This document shows, piece by piece, positions 1 through 9,700 of a DNA stretch of 64,000 nucleotides. Both the position numbers and the translations under genes were made by a program. The stretch covers positions 2,519,492 to 2,583,491 of the forward strand of contig OZ253450.1 of assembly GCA_965261335.1 (NCBI GenBank). Direction: 5' to 3'. Numbering within the stretch: position 1 is the stretch's first letter; every line of letters starts with the position of its first letter. This DNA is from Candidatus Spongiihabitans sp. (GTDB lineage Bacteria > Pseudomonadota > Gammaproteobacteria > Arenicellales > Poriferihabitantaceae). A model generated the notes under the pieces. The model was not told where the DNA came from and did no database searches. It saw nothing but the letters and a program-made list of their open reading frames with translations.

Positions 1-544
1 CGACCTTACCGATAACACAATCAGCCTCCCAATCGCCTATACGCGAGCGATTGTCCACTATACTGGGTCTATCCGCAATATCAACCCGATTGGGGATGCG
101 TCCGCGGTAATCATTCTGTCCATAACGCTTGCGATATTTCTTACCCTGATGGCGCAAGTATCGATATAACGACCCACCAGCTACTTTGTCTTTCAAAATG
201 AGACGATAGATGGATTCGGTGCTAATACTGATGTTTTCCTCCATTCTCAAACGACCGCTAATTTGTTCAGGACTCCAATACAGCGCGATCTTTTGTTGAA
301 TATGAAGCTTTAACTCGTCATTGAGCTTGATGTGCTTGGGCTTTTGCTGATGCCTCGTTTGGGCAAAGCGGTGGGCTTGTTTGTAGCGATAGCCGTTGCC
401 CCCGGTATTGCGTTTAATTTCACTGCTGATGGTTGACCTACTTCTGCCCATGGTTTTAGCGATTCCTGTCAGTGTACAGTTTTGCTTATTCATGAGGTAA
501 ATGTGGTATCTTTCGTGTTCAGTCAAATGGGTATATCTCGTCAT
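1..544 (-). CDS. IS30-family transposase, N-terminal part (partial, open to window edge)
   Basis: Own translation from ATG at 544: MTRYTHLTEHERYHIYLMNKQNCTLTGIAKTMGRSRSTISSEIKRNTGG...RIPNRVDIADRP...GDWEADCVIGK. This is the HTH plus the start of the DDE domain typical of IS30 transposases, and it is in frame throughout. Confidence 0.8.
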   Translation of the reverse strand, partial: MTRYTHLTEHERYHIYLMNKQNCTLTGIAKTMGRSRSTISSEIKRNTGGNGYRYKQAHRFAQTRHQQKPKHIKLNDELKLHIQQKIALYWSPEQISGRLRMEENISISTESIYRLILKDKVAGGSLYRYLRHQGKKYRKRYGQNDYRGRIPNRVDIADRPSIVDNRSRIGDWEADCVIGKV

Positions 545-633
545 GTTTCACTCCTTTTTTCCGTTCAATTAAAAGAGTACGAGTGTACCCTTTGACTGAC
601 TTAGGCGTGTTGCACTTATTATGTGAATTCAAG
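1..633 (-). mobile_element. IS30-family insertion sequence, copy 1 (cut by window edge)
   Basis: Near-identical to 57521-58167. The outer end GAATTCACATAATAAGTGCAACAC (read inward from 630) matches the terminal inverted repeat at 57044. Confidence 0.8.
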
Positions 634-705
634 AATACTTAAGTTCTTGTTATTAAATATATTATTTTTTTAAAATTAGACTGTTTTGAATTAACCGACA
701 AGCCC
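634..705. repeat. Partial copy of the 113-bp MITE-like element seen complete at 59481-59593
   Basis: About 72 bp align with 59522-59593 with a few mismatches, ending in the same CCGACAAGCCC terminus. It abuts the IS30 end. Confidence 0.6.
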
Positions 706-783
706 ACACTGGAAACCCAAATGGATCAGATAGTGTACAATCTATACAATCTCACAGTCGGTGAAATAGCCATTATAGAATAA
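691..783 (+). pseudogene. C-terminal remnant of a DNA methylase / type IIG R-M-like gene
   Basis: The frame ending at TAA 781-783 reads LTDKPTLETQMDQIVYNLYNLTVGEIAIIE. This resembles the conserved ...VYxLYGLTxEEIxIIE tail of N6-adenine methylase/R-M fusion proteins. There is no upstream body. Confidence 0.35.
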
Positions 784-788
784 ACAAA

Positions 789-2006
789 ATGAACAACGAA
801 AAAGCAATAGAATTTTTCAAAAGAGGCGATGCACATCTTGAAACAGGCAAATTTGAACAATCACCAAATCGAACATCTGACCAAGTGATTGATGGCGACA
901 ATACGCGCTTGACTATCGGTGATGACGAGCGTTATATGGCGCTGGCATTACAATTAGCGCGTAAGGGAATTTATACCACTCATCCCAATCCAGTGGTCGG
1001 TTGTGTGATTGTCAAGCAGGGCAATATTGTCGGACGGGGTTGGCATGAATCAGCAGGACAAGCACATGCAGAAGTCAACGCCTTGCGACAAGCAGGAAAA
1101 TCAGCGGACGGGGCAACCTTGTATGTTACCCTGGAGCCGTGTAGCCACCAGGGCAAGACCCCGCCGTGTGTAAAAGCCATTATAAAAGCAGCCCTCAGTC
1201 GAGTGGTTATCGCCATTGAAGACCCCGATCCACGGGTAAATCGCTCTGGCATCTCGGCATTACAACATGCCGGCATTGCGGTAACCTTAGGCATTGGACG
1301 GGCTCAGGCAACCTACCTTAACCGCGCATTCCTCAAACGGGTCACCAGCGGAATGCCTTGGGTAACCCTCAAAATTGCCACCAGTCTGGATGGCAAAACG
1401 GCGATGGCAGATGGTGAAAGCCAGTGGATAACTTCGCAATCAGCACGACAGGATGCACATAAATTAAGGGCGGCAGCCTCGGCCATATTGACTGGTGTCG
1501 GCACCGTATTGTGCGATGATCCGAATATGACGGCGCGCCTCTCGGGCTTGCAAAGGCAACCATTGCGTATCATCCTCGATACCCATTTAAGTACGCCAGT
1601 TAATGCTAAAATTCTGCGCGGGGCAGGCACTGTATTGATTGTTACGGCTAATTCGGAAGATGAGGCAGCCATAGCATTGCGCCAGCAGAGCGCGGTTGAG
1701 ATTATCAATTGCCGCATCGCATACGGTAGAATAGATTTGCATCAACTTATGCGCGAACTCGGACGGCGCGAAATGAATAGCATTTTACTCGAATCTGGCT
1801 CAAGACTCAGTGGCAGTATGCTGGAGCAAGGCTTGGTAGATGAGATTGTTGTTTATATGGCACCAGATTTATTAGGTGGCGATGCCAGAGATATGTTCAA
1901 GATTCCCGGACTTGAACATATTGCCGACAAATTAAAGCTGGAGTATAAAGAGGTTATTAGGGTCGGGCGGGATTTGAAATTGACCCTAGAATTGGCGCAT
2001 AAATAG
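789..2006 (+). CDS. ribD: Bifunctional riboflavin biosynthesis protein RibD (deaminase/reductase)
   Basis: HPNPVVGCVIV, HAEVNAL and LEPCSHQGKTPPC zinc-deaminase motifs plus a C-terminal reductase domain. The first ~40 codons are not RibD-like. The true start is probably TTG 909 or ATG 936 (DDERYMALALQLARKG aligns with RibD N-termini). Confidence 0.9.
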   Translation: MNNEKAIEFFKRGDAHLETGKFEQSPNRTSDQVIDGDNTRLTIGDDERYMALALQLARKGIYTTHPNPVVGCVIVKQGNIVGRGWHESAGQAHAEVNALRQAGKSADGATLYVTLEPCSHQGKTPPCVKAIIKAALSRVVIAIEDPDPRVNRSGISALQHAGIAVTLGIGRAQATYLNRAFLKRVTSGMPWVTLKIATSLDGKTAMADGESQWITSQSARQDAHKLRAAASAILTGVGTVLCDDPNMTARLSGLQRQPLRIILDTHLSTPVNAKILRGAGTVLIVTANSEDEAAIALRQQSAVEIINCRIAYGRIDLHQLMRELGRREMNSILLESGSRLSGSMLEQGLVDEIVVYMAPDLLGGDARDMFKIPGLEHIADKLKLEYKEVIRVGRDLKLTLELAHK

Positions 2007-2029
2007 ATGCACCGCAGGCACTAATCATC

Positions 2030-2662
2030 GTGTTTACTGGCATAGTACAGAGTGTGGGCTCGGTCACCGCCATGACTCCCACCAACAGTGGCTTGAAACT
2101 TGCTTTGGATGTGGGCACTTTGGAGTCAGCACGGCTCCAAGTAGGCGATAGTATCGCGCTCAATGGGGTTTGTCTTACGCTCACTCGATTCGAGTGCAAC
2201 GAAGCCTGTTTTGATGTCTCATGTGAAACCTTGTCAAGTGGCTTGATTGGCGACTGGAAAATCGGTGAGCGGATAAATTTAGAGCTTGCTCTGACCTTGC
2301 AAACACCGCTCGGCGGACATCTGGTATCGGGTCATGTCGATGGCACGGCAACCGTGCTTGAGCGAAAAGATAAGCAGGATTTTACTGCCATGCTGTTTGA
2401 AACGGATTGTTTGATTGGCAAGTTTATCGCGGTCAAAGGATCAGTAGCCATCGATGGCGTAAGTTTGACGACCAACACCGTGACCGACTGCCAGCAGCGG
2501 ACACAGTTTGAAATTATGCTGGTGCCTCATACGCTTGCATGTACAACATTGGGGAATCTCAAAAAGGATTCCCAAGTGCATGTTGAAGTGGATCAGATTG
2601 CCCGTTACATTCAGCGAATGGGTGAATCTGTGCATGGCTGGCATTCCGACAAGCAAAACTGA
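2030..2662 (+). CDS. ribE: Riboflavin synthase alpha chain
   Basis: MFTGIVQSVG start, two lumazine-binding repeats (GDSIALNGVCLT / GSVAIDGVSLT), rib operon context. Confidence 0.92.
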   Translation: MFTGIVQSVGSVTAMTPTNSGLKLALDVGTLESARLQVGDSIALNGVCLTLTRFECNEACFDVSCETLSSGLIGDWKIGERINLELALTLQTPLGGHLVSGHVDGTATVLERKDKQDFTAMLFETDCLIGKFIAVKGSVAIDGVSLTTNTVTDCQQRTQFEIMLVPHTLACTTLGNLKKDSQVHVEVDQIARYIQRMGESVHGWHSDKQN

Positions 2663-2673
2663 AGCAAACCACA

Positions 2674-3867
2674 ATGAATAAAACACCGTTGACCGTGAAT
2701 AAAATCGAACAGGTTATTGAAGACTATCGTCAGGGTAAGATGGTGATTATGGTTGATGATCAGGATCGAGAAAACGAAGGGGATTTGCTGGTTGCCGCAC
2801 AGTGTATTACCAGTGATCATATCAATTTCATGGCTTCCAAAGGACGCGGGTTAATCTGTCTGACGTTGACTGAGGAGCGTTGCAGCCAACTGGATTTACC
2901 GCTTATGGTGAGTCGCAATAGTGCGCGCTTTTCGACTAATTTTACGGTTTCGATTGAGGCTGCCAAAGGCGTTACCACCGGGATTTCAGCACAAGACCGA
3001 GCGATTACCATTCAAGCCGCAGTCAGCCCGAATGCTCGTCCGGACGATCTGGTTACTCCAGGGCATATTTTTCCAATAAAAGCACAAGCGGGTGGGGTAT
3101 TGACCCGTGCCGGTCATACTGAAGCAGGCGTGGACATGGCACGATTATGCGGCTTTCTACCCGCCAGTGTCATTTGCGAAATCCTCAAAGATGACGGTAG
3201 CATGGCGCGTCTGCCGGATTTGATTGAATACGCTAAAAAACACCATTTGAAAATCGGCACCATTGCCGATTTGATTCGCTATCGCTTAAAAAGCGACCCG
3301 ACCCTACGGCGAATGGCACAAGACATCTTGCACTTAAAACAAGGTATATTTCAATCTTATGTCTATCACGATGAGATAGAGGGCGGTACGCATCTGGCTT
3401 TGGTGAAAGGAGAAATCAAGCGCAATCGGGTGATTCCGGTGCGCGTACATGTTCATCGGGGATTGCTCGATATGGTACTCAATCCGATTTCTAGGCTCAA
3501 GTCGAGCGGGAGCTGGACGTTGGAAAATGCACTCGAGGCGATTGCCAAACAGGTCTCGGGGGTAGTTGTTATATTGTCCTATAATGAATCTGTGGATGAA
3601 TTGGTTAGTCGTATTAACCTGAACAATAACGAAACTCAATCAGCCAATAGCGAAACGCTTCGTGCGGAGACGCAAGAGAGCTCGGAAAACTTAAGAATGT
3701 TAGGGGCGGGTGGGCAGATTTTGGCTGATCTTGGGCTAACAAAAATTCTGGCATTAGGGCGACAAAAGAAAGCACATGGATTATCTGGATTTGGGCTCGA
3801 AATCATCAACTATATCGAAACCCCGCAACAACTGTTGCAGTGGAATGATGAAAACAATGCGCTCTGA
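2674..3867 (+). CDS. ribBA: 3,4-dihydroxy-2-butanone-4-phosphate synthase fused to a degenerate GTP cyclohydrolase II-like domain (RibBX type)
   Basis: The N-terminal DHBP synthase motifs are present ([20 protein letters not shown]). The C-terminal half aligns with RibA but lacks the Cys cluster ([13 protein letters not shown] where RibA has HSEC...CDC). Confidence 0.88.
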   Translation: MNKTPLTVNKIEQVIEDYRQGKMVIMVDDQDRENEGDLLVAAQCITSDHINFMASKGRGLICLTLTEERCSQLDLPLMVSRNSARFSTNFTVSIEAAKGVTTGISAQDRAITIQAAVSPNARPDDLVTPGHIFPIKAQAGGVLTRAGHTEAGVDMARLCGFLPASVICEILKDDGSMARLPDLIEYAKKHHLKIGTIADLIRYRLKSDPTLRRMAQDILHLKQGIFQSYVYHDEIEGGTHLALVKGEIKRNRVIPVRVHVHRGLLDMVLNPISRLKSSGSWTLENALEAIAKQVSGVVVILSYNESVDELVSRINLNNNETQSANSETLRAETQESSENLRMLGAGGQILADLGLTKILALGRQKKAHGLSGFGLEIINYIETPQQLLQWNDENNAL

Positions 3868-4050
3868 TACAATCAAAATGTTCGAAAATGGGAGTTTGCC
3901 TATGATTACTCCTCGACAATTGTTCATCGCCTTGTTCCTTGCTAGGCATGTATTACATGTGGAAAACCCTGGCGGGTTTGTGTGTTTGACTGGATTCCTG
4001 CTTTCGAGACTGTGCAAAAAACCAATATTTGTCTTTCCTAACCCCCCTTG

Positions 4051-4100
4051 CCCCCCTTATCAGGGGGGAATTAGAGTGACAAGTCCCCCTGATAAGGGGG
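4051..4100. repeat. Pair of G/C-clamp hairpins in inverted orientation, followed by a G-run
   Basis: CCCCCCTTATCAGGGGGG (4051-4068) and CCCCCTGATAAGGGGG (4085-4100) are each self-complementary and reverse complements of each other. GGGGGATTTGGGGGGGTGGG follows. Confidence 0.8.
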
Positions 4101-4191
4101 ATTTGGGGGGGTGGGTTTTCCGCCAGCGTAACCTGCGAGGGTTTCTTGCACAATCTCTTTGCACGGATGAAGCCACGCTTCCGATAATGAT

Positions 4192-4242
4192 ACCCGCAGG
4201 GCACAAGTACCCACAGGGCACAAGTACCCACAGGGCACAAGC
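4192..4242. repeat. Three tandem copies of a 17-nt unit ACCC(G/A)CAGGGCACAAG(T/C)
   Basis: Read directly: 4192-4208, 4209-4225, 4226-4242. The same 17-mer occurs as insertions in the IS5 copies at 36901, 53464, 58684 and 59248. Confidence 0.9.
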
Positions 4243-4259
4243 ACAAAGGTCTCAAAATA

Positions 4260-4727
4260 ATGAATATTAAACAAATAAGCGGTGATTTCGAAAATTGTTC
4301 CGGTCGCTATGCGTTGGTTGCCAGTCGCTTTAATCACTTCATCACCGAGCGTCTCATTCAGGGTGCGACAGATACCTTGAACCGTCATGGTATCAACAGT
4401 GCGGAGATTGACTGTATCTGGGTTCCCGGTGCTTTTGAAATACCGTTGGTGGCAAGAAAATTGGCGGAAAGCGGGAATTATGCGGCAATTATTACCCTAG
4501 GAGCGGTGATTCGCGGTGCGACCGCGCATTTTGATTTTGTTGCGGGTCAATGTGCCAGTGGCATTGCCCAATTAAACCTACAAAGTGATGTTCCCGTCAT
4601 TTTTGGTGTGTTGACTACCGACACCATCGAACAGGCGATTGAACGAGCTGGTAGCAAGGCTGGGAATAAAGGTGCGGACTGTGCGTTAGCCGCCATAGAA
4701 ATGGTCAGTTTGTTGAAGCAATTATGA
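4260..4727 (+). CDS. ribH: 6,7-dimethyl-8-ribityllumazine synthase
   Basis: Typical RibH sequence ([36 protein letters not shown]) in rib operon context. Confidence 0.93.
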   Translation: MNIKQISGDFENCSGRYALVASRFNHFITERLIQGATDTLNRHGINSAEIDCIWVPGAFEIPLVARKLAESGNYAAIITLGAVIRGATAHFDFVAGQCASGIAQLNLQSDVPVIFGVLTTDTIEQAIERAGSKAGNKGADCALAAIEMVSLLKQL

Positions 4728-4772
4728 ATTTATCTGAGCAGATGCGACCACCCATAGGGGCGAAGCGCAATA

Positions 4773-5189
4773 ATGGTTGCTAGTAGTCGGCATCTTGCCA
4801 GACGATGTGCCATACAGGCACTCTATCAGTGGGGGGTCACCGGGCAGTCGGCAAGTGAGATTGAAAAGGGCTTTATCAAAAATGAAAACCTATCCGGTCG
4901 GCATCTGGATTATTTTCTAATACTCATCAAAAATGTACCCGTGCAGGTTGAAAATATCGACCGGCTTATATCGCCGCACTTAGACCGCAAACTGGAAATG
5001 GTTGATTTGATTGAACATGCGATATTGCGAGTCGCCACCTATGAATTGCAATTTGAACAGGATATTCCGACCCGAGTCATTCTCAATGAAGCGATTGATT
5101 TAGCCAAGATATTTGCTTCGCAGCATAGCTATAAATATGTCAACGGCGTACTCGATAAAGTTGCCCATGCAGTAAGAGGTAAAGCATAA
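4773..5189 (+). CDS. nusB: Transcription antitermination factor NusB
   Basis: RRCAIQALYQW..., size 138 aa, conserved ribH-nusB linkage. Confidence 0.9.
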   Translation: MVASSRHLARRCAIQALYQWGVTGQSASEIEKGFIKNENLSGRHLDYFLILIKNVPVQVENIDRLISPHLDRKLEMVDLIEHAILRVATYELQFEQDIPTRVILNEAIDLAKIFASQHSYKYVNGVLDKVAHAVRGKA

Positions 5190-5212
5190 TTCGCAGCATT
5201 ACCCGCCAAGAT

Positions 5213-5707
5213 TTGTTGCGCTCGCCATGCCATTTTCTGGCACTTGGATTTGGTGCTGGTTTATCACCCAAAGCACCCGGCACAGTAGGCACATTGGTCG
5301 CTATGCCATTGATTTGGCTGTTCGCTCAGTTCGGTACTTTGTTCTATGTGTCGCTGACACTGGTTTGTACGGTAGCTGGCGTAGCGATTTGTGGGCGCGT
5401 GGCAAAAACGCTGACATCGCCATGTTCGGAACAAGGTCGTCCTCAAGATCATCCTGCTATTGTCTGGGACGAAATTGCTGGCATGATGCTGACTATGCTT
5501 TTTATTCCTGTTCACGGGATGACTTTGGTGATGGGTTTTATATTGTTTCGCTTGTTTGACATCTGCAAACCCTGGCCGATTGGTTATTTCGACCGTCAAG
5601 TACACGGTGGTTTGGGCATTATGCTGGATGATATTGTTGCCGCGCTATGCGCCAACATCATACTCAGAATATTGTTGCCTTATTTACCGCCTTATTTATC
5701 ATCGTGA
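5213..5707 (+). CDS. pgpA: Phosphatidylglycerophosphatase A
   Basis: GFGAGLSPKAPGTVGTL N-terminal motif, polytopic membrane protein, WDEIAG, DICKPWP. TTG start. Confidence 0.85.
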   Translation: MLRSPCHFLALGFGAGLSPKAPGTVGTLVAMPLIWLFAQFGTLFYVSLTLVCTVAGVAICGRVAKTLTSPCSEQGRPQDHPAIVWDEIAGMMLTMLFIPVHGMTLVMGFILFRLFDICKPWPIGYFDRQVHGGLGIMLDDIVAALCANIILRILLPYLPPYLSS

Positions 5708-5759
5708 ACAGATGTCATAAAATAAGCCCTCGTTAATAACCGCCTTTTTGGAGTAAACC

Positions 5760-6746
5760 ATGTCGTTCCGAGCCTTTAGAATCAATCAAGTTGAAAAAAA
5801 CATCGTCGCAGATTTCGCTGATATGACTATCGACCAGCTCACCGAGGGCGAGGTCGTTATTCGGGTGCAATGGTCGGGAATAAACTTTAAGGACGTTTTA
5901 GCCGCCACTGGACGGGGCAAAATTTTACGCCAATATCCGCTCAATGGCGGGATTGATCTGGCGGGTGTGGTTATGCGATCGACCGATGCACGATTTAAGG
6001 AGGGCGATGAAGTATTGGCAACCGGCGGGGGGTTATCCGAAACTGCCGACGGGGGGTATGCCGAAGTCGCCCGCGTCAAAGCTGATTGTGTTGTGGCATT
6101 GCCGCAAGGGTTGAGCTTGAAGGAATCAATGGCATTGGGGACGGCTGGTTTTACCGCCGCACTGGCTGTGGCGCGAATGGAAACCAATGGTCAAACGCCG
6201 GATGATGGTGCGATAGTGGTCACTGGTGCGAGTGGTGGGGTAGGGAGTACTGCAATCGATATTCTGGCTTCAAAGGGTTATCGGGTGGCGGCATTTAGCG
6301 GCAAAAAAGAGCAACACGAATACTTAAAACAGCTTGGTGCCAATGAATTCATCGACCGACATACTGTAGAGATGGGAACGCGCCCACTGGAATCAGCGTT
6401 GTGGGGCGGTGCCGTTGATAATGCGGGCGGTGAAACGTTGGCATGGCTCACCCGCACGGTTAAACCCTGGGGCAATATTGCCAGCATCGGTTTGGTCGAT
6501 GATTACAATCTCAATACCACAGTGATGCCTTTTATTTTGCGTGGCGTATCGCTATTGGGCATCAACTCCATTGCAATGCCAAGTCATATCAGGGAACAGA
6601 TTTGGCATAGTTTGGGCAATGAATTCAAACCACAGCATCTGGATACAATCGTGACCAATGAAATTGCTTTCGCAGACTTGCCCAATGCGTTTGAGCGTTA
6701 CTTGAACGGAAATAATTGGGGACGAACCATCGTAAAAATCCAGTAA
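5760..6746 (+). CDS. MDR-family NADPH:quinone/acrylyl-CoA reductase-like oxidoreductase (YhdH/AcuI type)
   Basis: SGINFKD, GIDLAGVV and VTGASGGVGS nucleotide-binding motifs, 328 aa. Confidence 0.8.
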   Translation: MSFRAFRINQVEKNIVADFADMTIDQLTEGEVVIRVQWSGINFKDVLAATGRGKILRQYPLNGGIDLAGVVMRSTDARFKEGDEVLATGGGLSETADGGYAEVARVKADCVVALPQGLSLKESMALGTAGFTAALAVARMETNGQTPDDGAIVVTGASGGVGSTAIDILASKGYRVAAFSGKKEQHEYLKQLGANEFIDRHTVEMGTRPLESALWGGAVDNAGGETLAWLTRTVKPWGNIASIGLVDDYNLNTTVMPFILRGVSLLGINSIAMPSHIREQIWHSLGNEFKPQHLDTIVTNEIAFADLPNAFERYLNGNNWGRTIVKIQ

Positions 6747-6750
6747 CCAA

Positions 6751-9700
6751 TTACCTGCTCAAAGATTGATATAAAAAATCAAATAGTGTTTCAATTTTTT
6801 CAATTCGGGTTATCGGTTCGCTCAGATCATCGGCTATTTTGAACGCATTTGCACCACACAGTTTGTAGATGTGAGGATGCGCTTGAATCAGAGAAAATAT
6901 CACGCTGGGATCGATGGCGGGTTCATCATGGAATTCAATTACGCCGCCATGCTCATCAATATCGACTTTGTGTATATCTAATTGCTCGGCTTGTAGGCGC
7001 AATGCCGTTAGTCGAAAGAGATTTTTCCCCTGTTCGGGTAACAGTCCAAACCGATCGATGGTTTCGATTTGTAGCTCGTTCAGTTGCTCAATATTGGTGG
7101 CATTGGAGATTCGTTTGTATAAAATCAGTCGAGTATGTGCATTGTCCAGATAATCCTGTGAGAATAGAGCAGTAACATGCAAGTCGATAATAGATGCTTT
7201 TTCAATCTGTTCGGCAGTATTCGGCTCAGGTAAGCGCCCGTCCTTGATGGCGGTTACCGCAAGGTTCAAATATTCGCTATACAGCGAAAAACCAACCTCA
7301 TCAATCGACCCGCTTTGCGTTTCGCCAAGTAATTCTCCAGCACCGCGAATTTCTAAATCATGCGATGCGAGCGTGAATCCAGCACCTAGATTATCCATAG
7401 AATCAATAGCATCAAGCCGCTTCTTAGCATCATTGGTAATATATTGTTTGTCCGCTATCAATAGATAGGCAAAGGCTTGATGTTGTGAGCGACCTACACG
7501 TCCCCTGAGTTGGTGTAATTGTGCCAGACCGAAACGATCTGCACGATTGATAATAATCGTATTTGCGGTCGGAATATCGATGCCGCTTTCGATAATGGTC
7601 GAGCAAATTAGGATATTAAAACGGCGATGATAGAAATCCTGCATGACACGTTCAAGCTGTAATTCGTGCATTTGCCCGTGGCAAATATCAATCTTGGCTT
7701 CTGGCAATAATTCGGCAATTTCAACTGCCATACGGTCGATTGATTTGACCTCATTATGGAGGAAGAAAACCTGTCCGCCACGTCTTATTTCGCGTAAACA
7801 GGCTTCCCGAATTAACCCCCGACTCCACTGACGAATAAAGGTCTTTATCGACAAGCGGTTGAGTGGCGGGGTGGCAATAATGGAGATTGACCTTAATCCT
7901 GACATCGTGATGTTCAGCGTACGCGGAATAGGGGTTGCTGTCAAAGTTAAAATATCAACCTGACTGCGAATGCGTTTAATATGCTCTTTCTGGCGCACAC
8001 CGAAGCGGTGTTCTTCATCAATAATCAGTAATCCTAAATCGTGAAAGCGAATGTCGGCTTGCAATAATCGATGCGTGCCAATGATAATGTCAATCTGTCC
8101 GCTGGCGACACGGGTAATCAATTCGTTCGCTTGCTTTCGGGTGTTAAATCGTGACAGCACTTCAATATTGATAGCCCAGTCTGAAAAACGCTCTACAAAG
8201 ACCTGATGATGTTGCTGTGCTAACAGCGTAGTCGGGGTTAAAATGGCTACTTGTTTACCATTATTTGAGACAATGAACGCAGCTCTTAATGCGACTTCAG
8301 TTTTGCCGAATCCAACATCGCCACAAACCAATCTGTCCATCGGCTCGGGAGAACCGAGATCGGCGAGCACTTCGCGAATAGCCTGTTGCTGATCGGGTGT
8401 TTCATCGAATGGAAATAGGCTATTAAAACGCTGGTTTTCCAGCGCGTTAATTTCAAAAGCATGTCCTTTGCGTGCTGTTCTGGACGCTTCCATCTCTAGT
8501 AGTTCAGCCGCGACATCATAGGCTTTTTCCCGTGCACGGTTTTTTGATTTTTCCCATTGATCGCCACCAAGCCGATGCAGCGGTGCTGATTCAGGAGAGC
8601 CACCGACAAAACGGCTGATGAGATTCAATGCCAAAACAGGAATATACAGTTTGTCACCGTTTTGATATTCAAGGGTCAGAAAGTCACCTGTTTCGTCGCT
8701 GATGGTCAGCGTATGTAAGCCTTTATATCGACCTACGCCATGCTCAATATGCACCACCGGATCGCCAATATTCAGCTCTGCCAACGATTTGATAATAGAT
8801 TCTGGATCGCGCGATTCTTTGCTACGTCGACGCCGTTGATAAACTTTGTCGCCGTATAACTGGCTCTCGCAAATTATTTCGATGCCATGCGTATTCGAAG
8901 TCAACCCACGTTCAAGGGCTGCAATGGCGAGTCCCAAAGTGGCTTGCTTGTCGGCGATGAAGTCGTGCAATCCTTGAAATGAGGAGGGACGTAGATTATT
9001 CCTGAATAGCACGTCCCCTAAGGCTTCTTTGCGTCCAGGGGTTTCGGTAACAATTAAAATTCGCCGACTACTGTTGTGCAAATGGGTCAGCAATTCCTGA
9101 TACGGTGTTTCATTTCTGGGGTCAACCGGAAATTGTTGGTTGTAATTCGTATCAGCGCACCACGATGCGGCGGCGTTATGGTCGCGAATGATGTCAATAC
9201 CCGAACATTTTTCGCAGCTTTCCATGAACTCATCTGCCGCCATATAGAGTTGATAGGGTGGTATGACTTTACGCTCCGAATCATAATTGGCATTGCTGTG
9301 TCGAGCATTGACTTCGGCCCAATAGGCTGTAGCGGCTTTTTTGAAATCAGGTGTTTTGACGATAATCGAATCACCCTGAATATAATCGAACAACGTGGCA
9401 GTATGGTCAAAGAATAGTGGGAAGAAAAATTCGGTTCCGGTCGGCGTGTGTCCGATAGAGACTTCTTTGTAAATCGTCTGTTTCATCGGATCGCCCTCAA
9501 AACAACGGCGAAATGATGATCGAAAATGCTTGATACCGCTTTCGGTCATCGGAAATTCCCGTGCTGGCAATAGCTCGACCTTTGCGACATGTTCTTTTGA
9601 TCTTTGACTGTCCGGGTCGAAAACTCGAATGCTTTCCAGCTCATTATCAAATAAATCGAGACGAAAAGGGATGTGTGACCCCATCGGAAATACATCAATC

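Noticed and set aside
4096-4200. Possible FMN (RFN) riboswitch upstream of ribH
   Set aside because: GGGTTTTCCGCCAGCGTAA...CCTGCGAGG vaguely resembles the P2/P3 part of the RFN element. The strongly conserved 3' core (GCCGACGGT...AGTCCGGATG..AGA) is absent, so I do not call it.
3776-4388. ORFs of 100-164 aa on both strands in the ribBA-ribH spacer
   Set aside because: Their translations ([34 protein letters not shown]...) are simply readings of the G/C hairpins and the 17-nt tandem repeat. They overlap real genes at both ends and have no start context.
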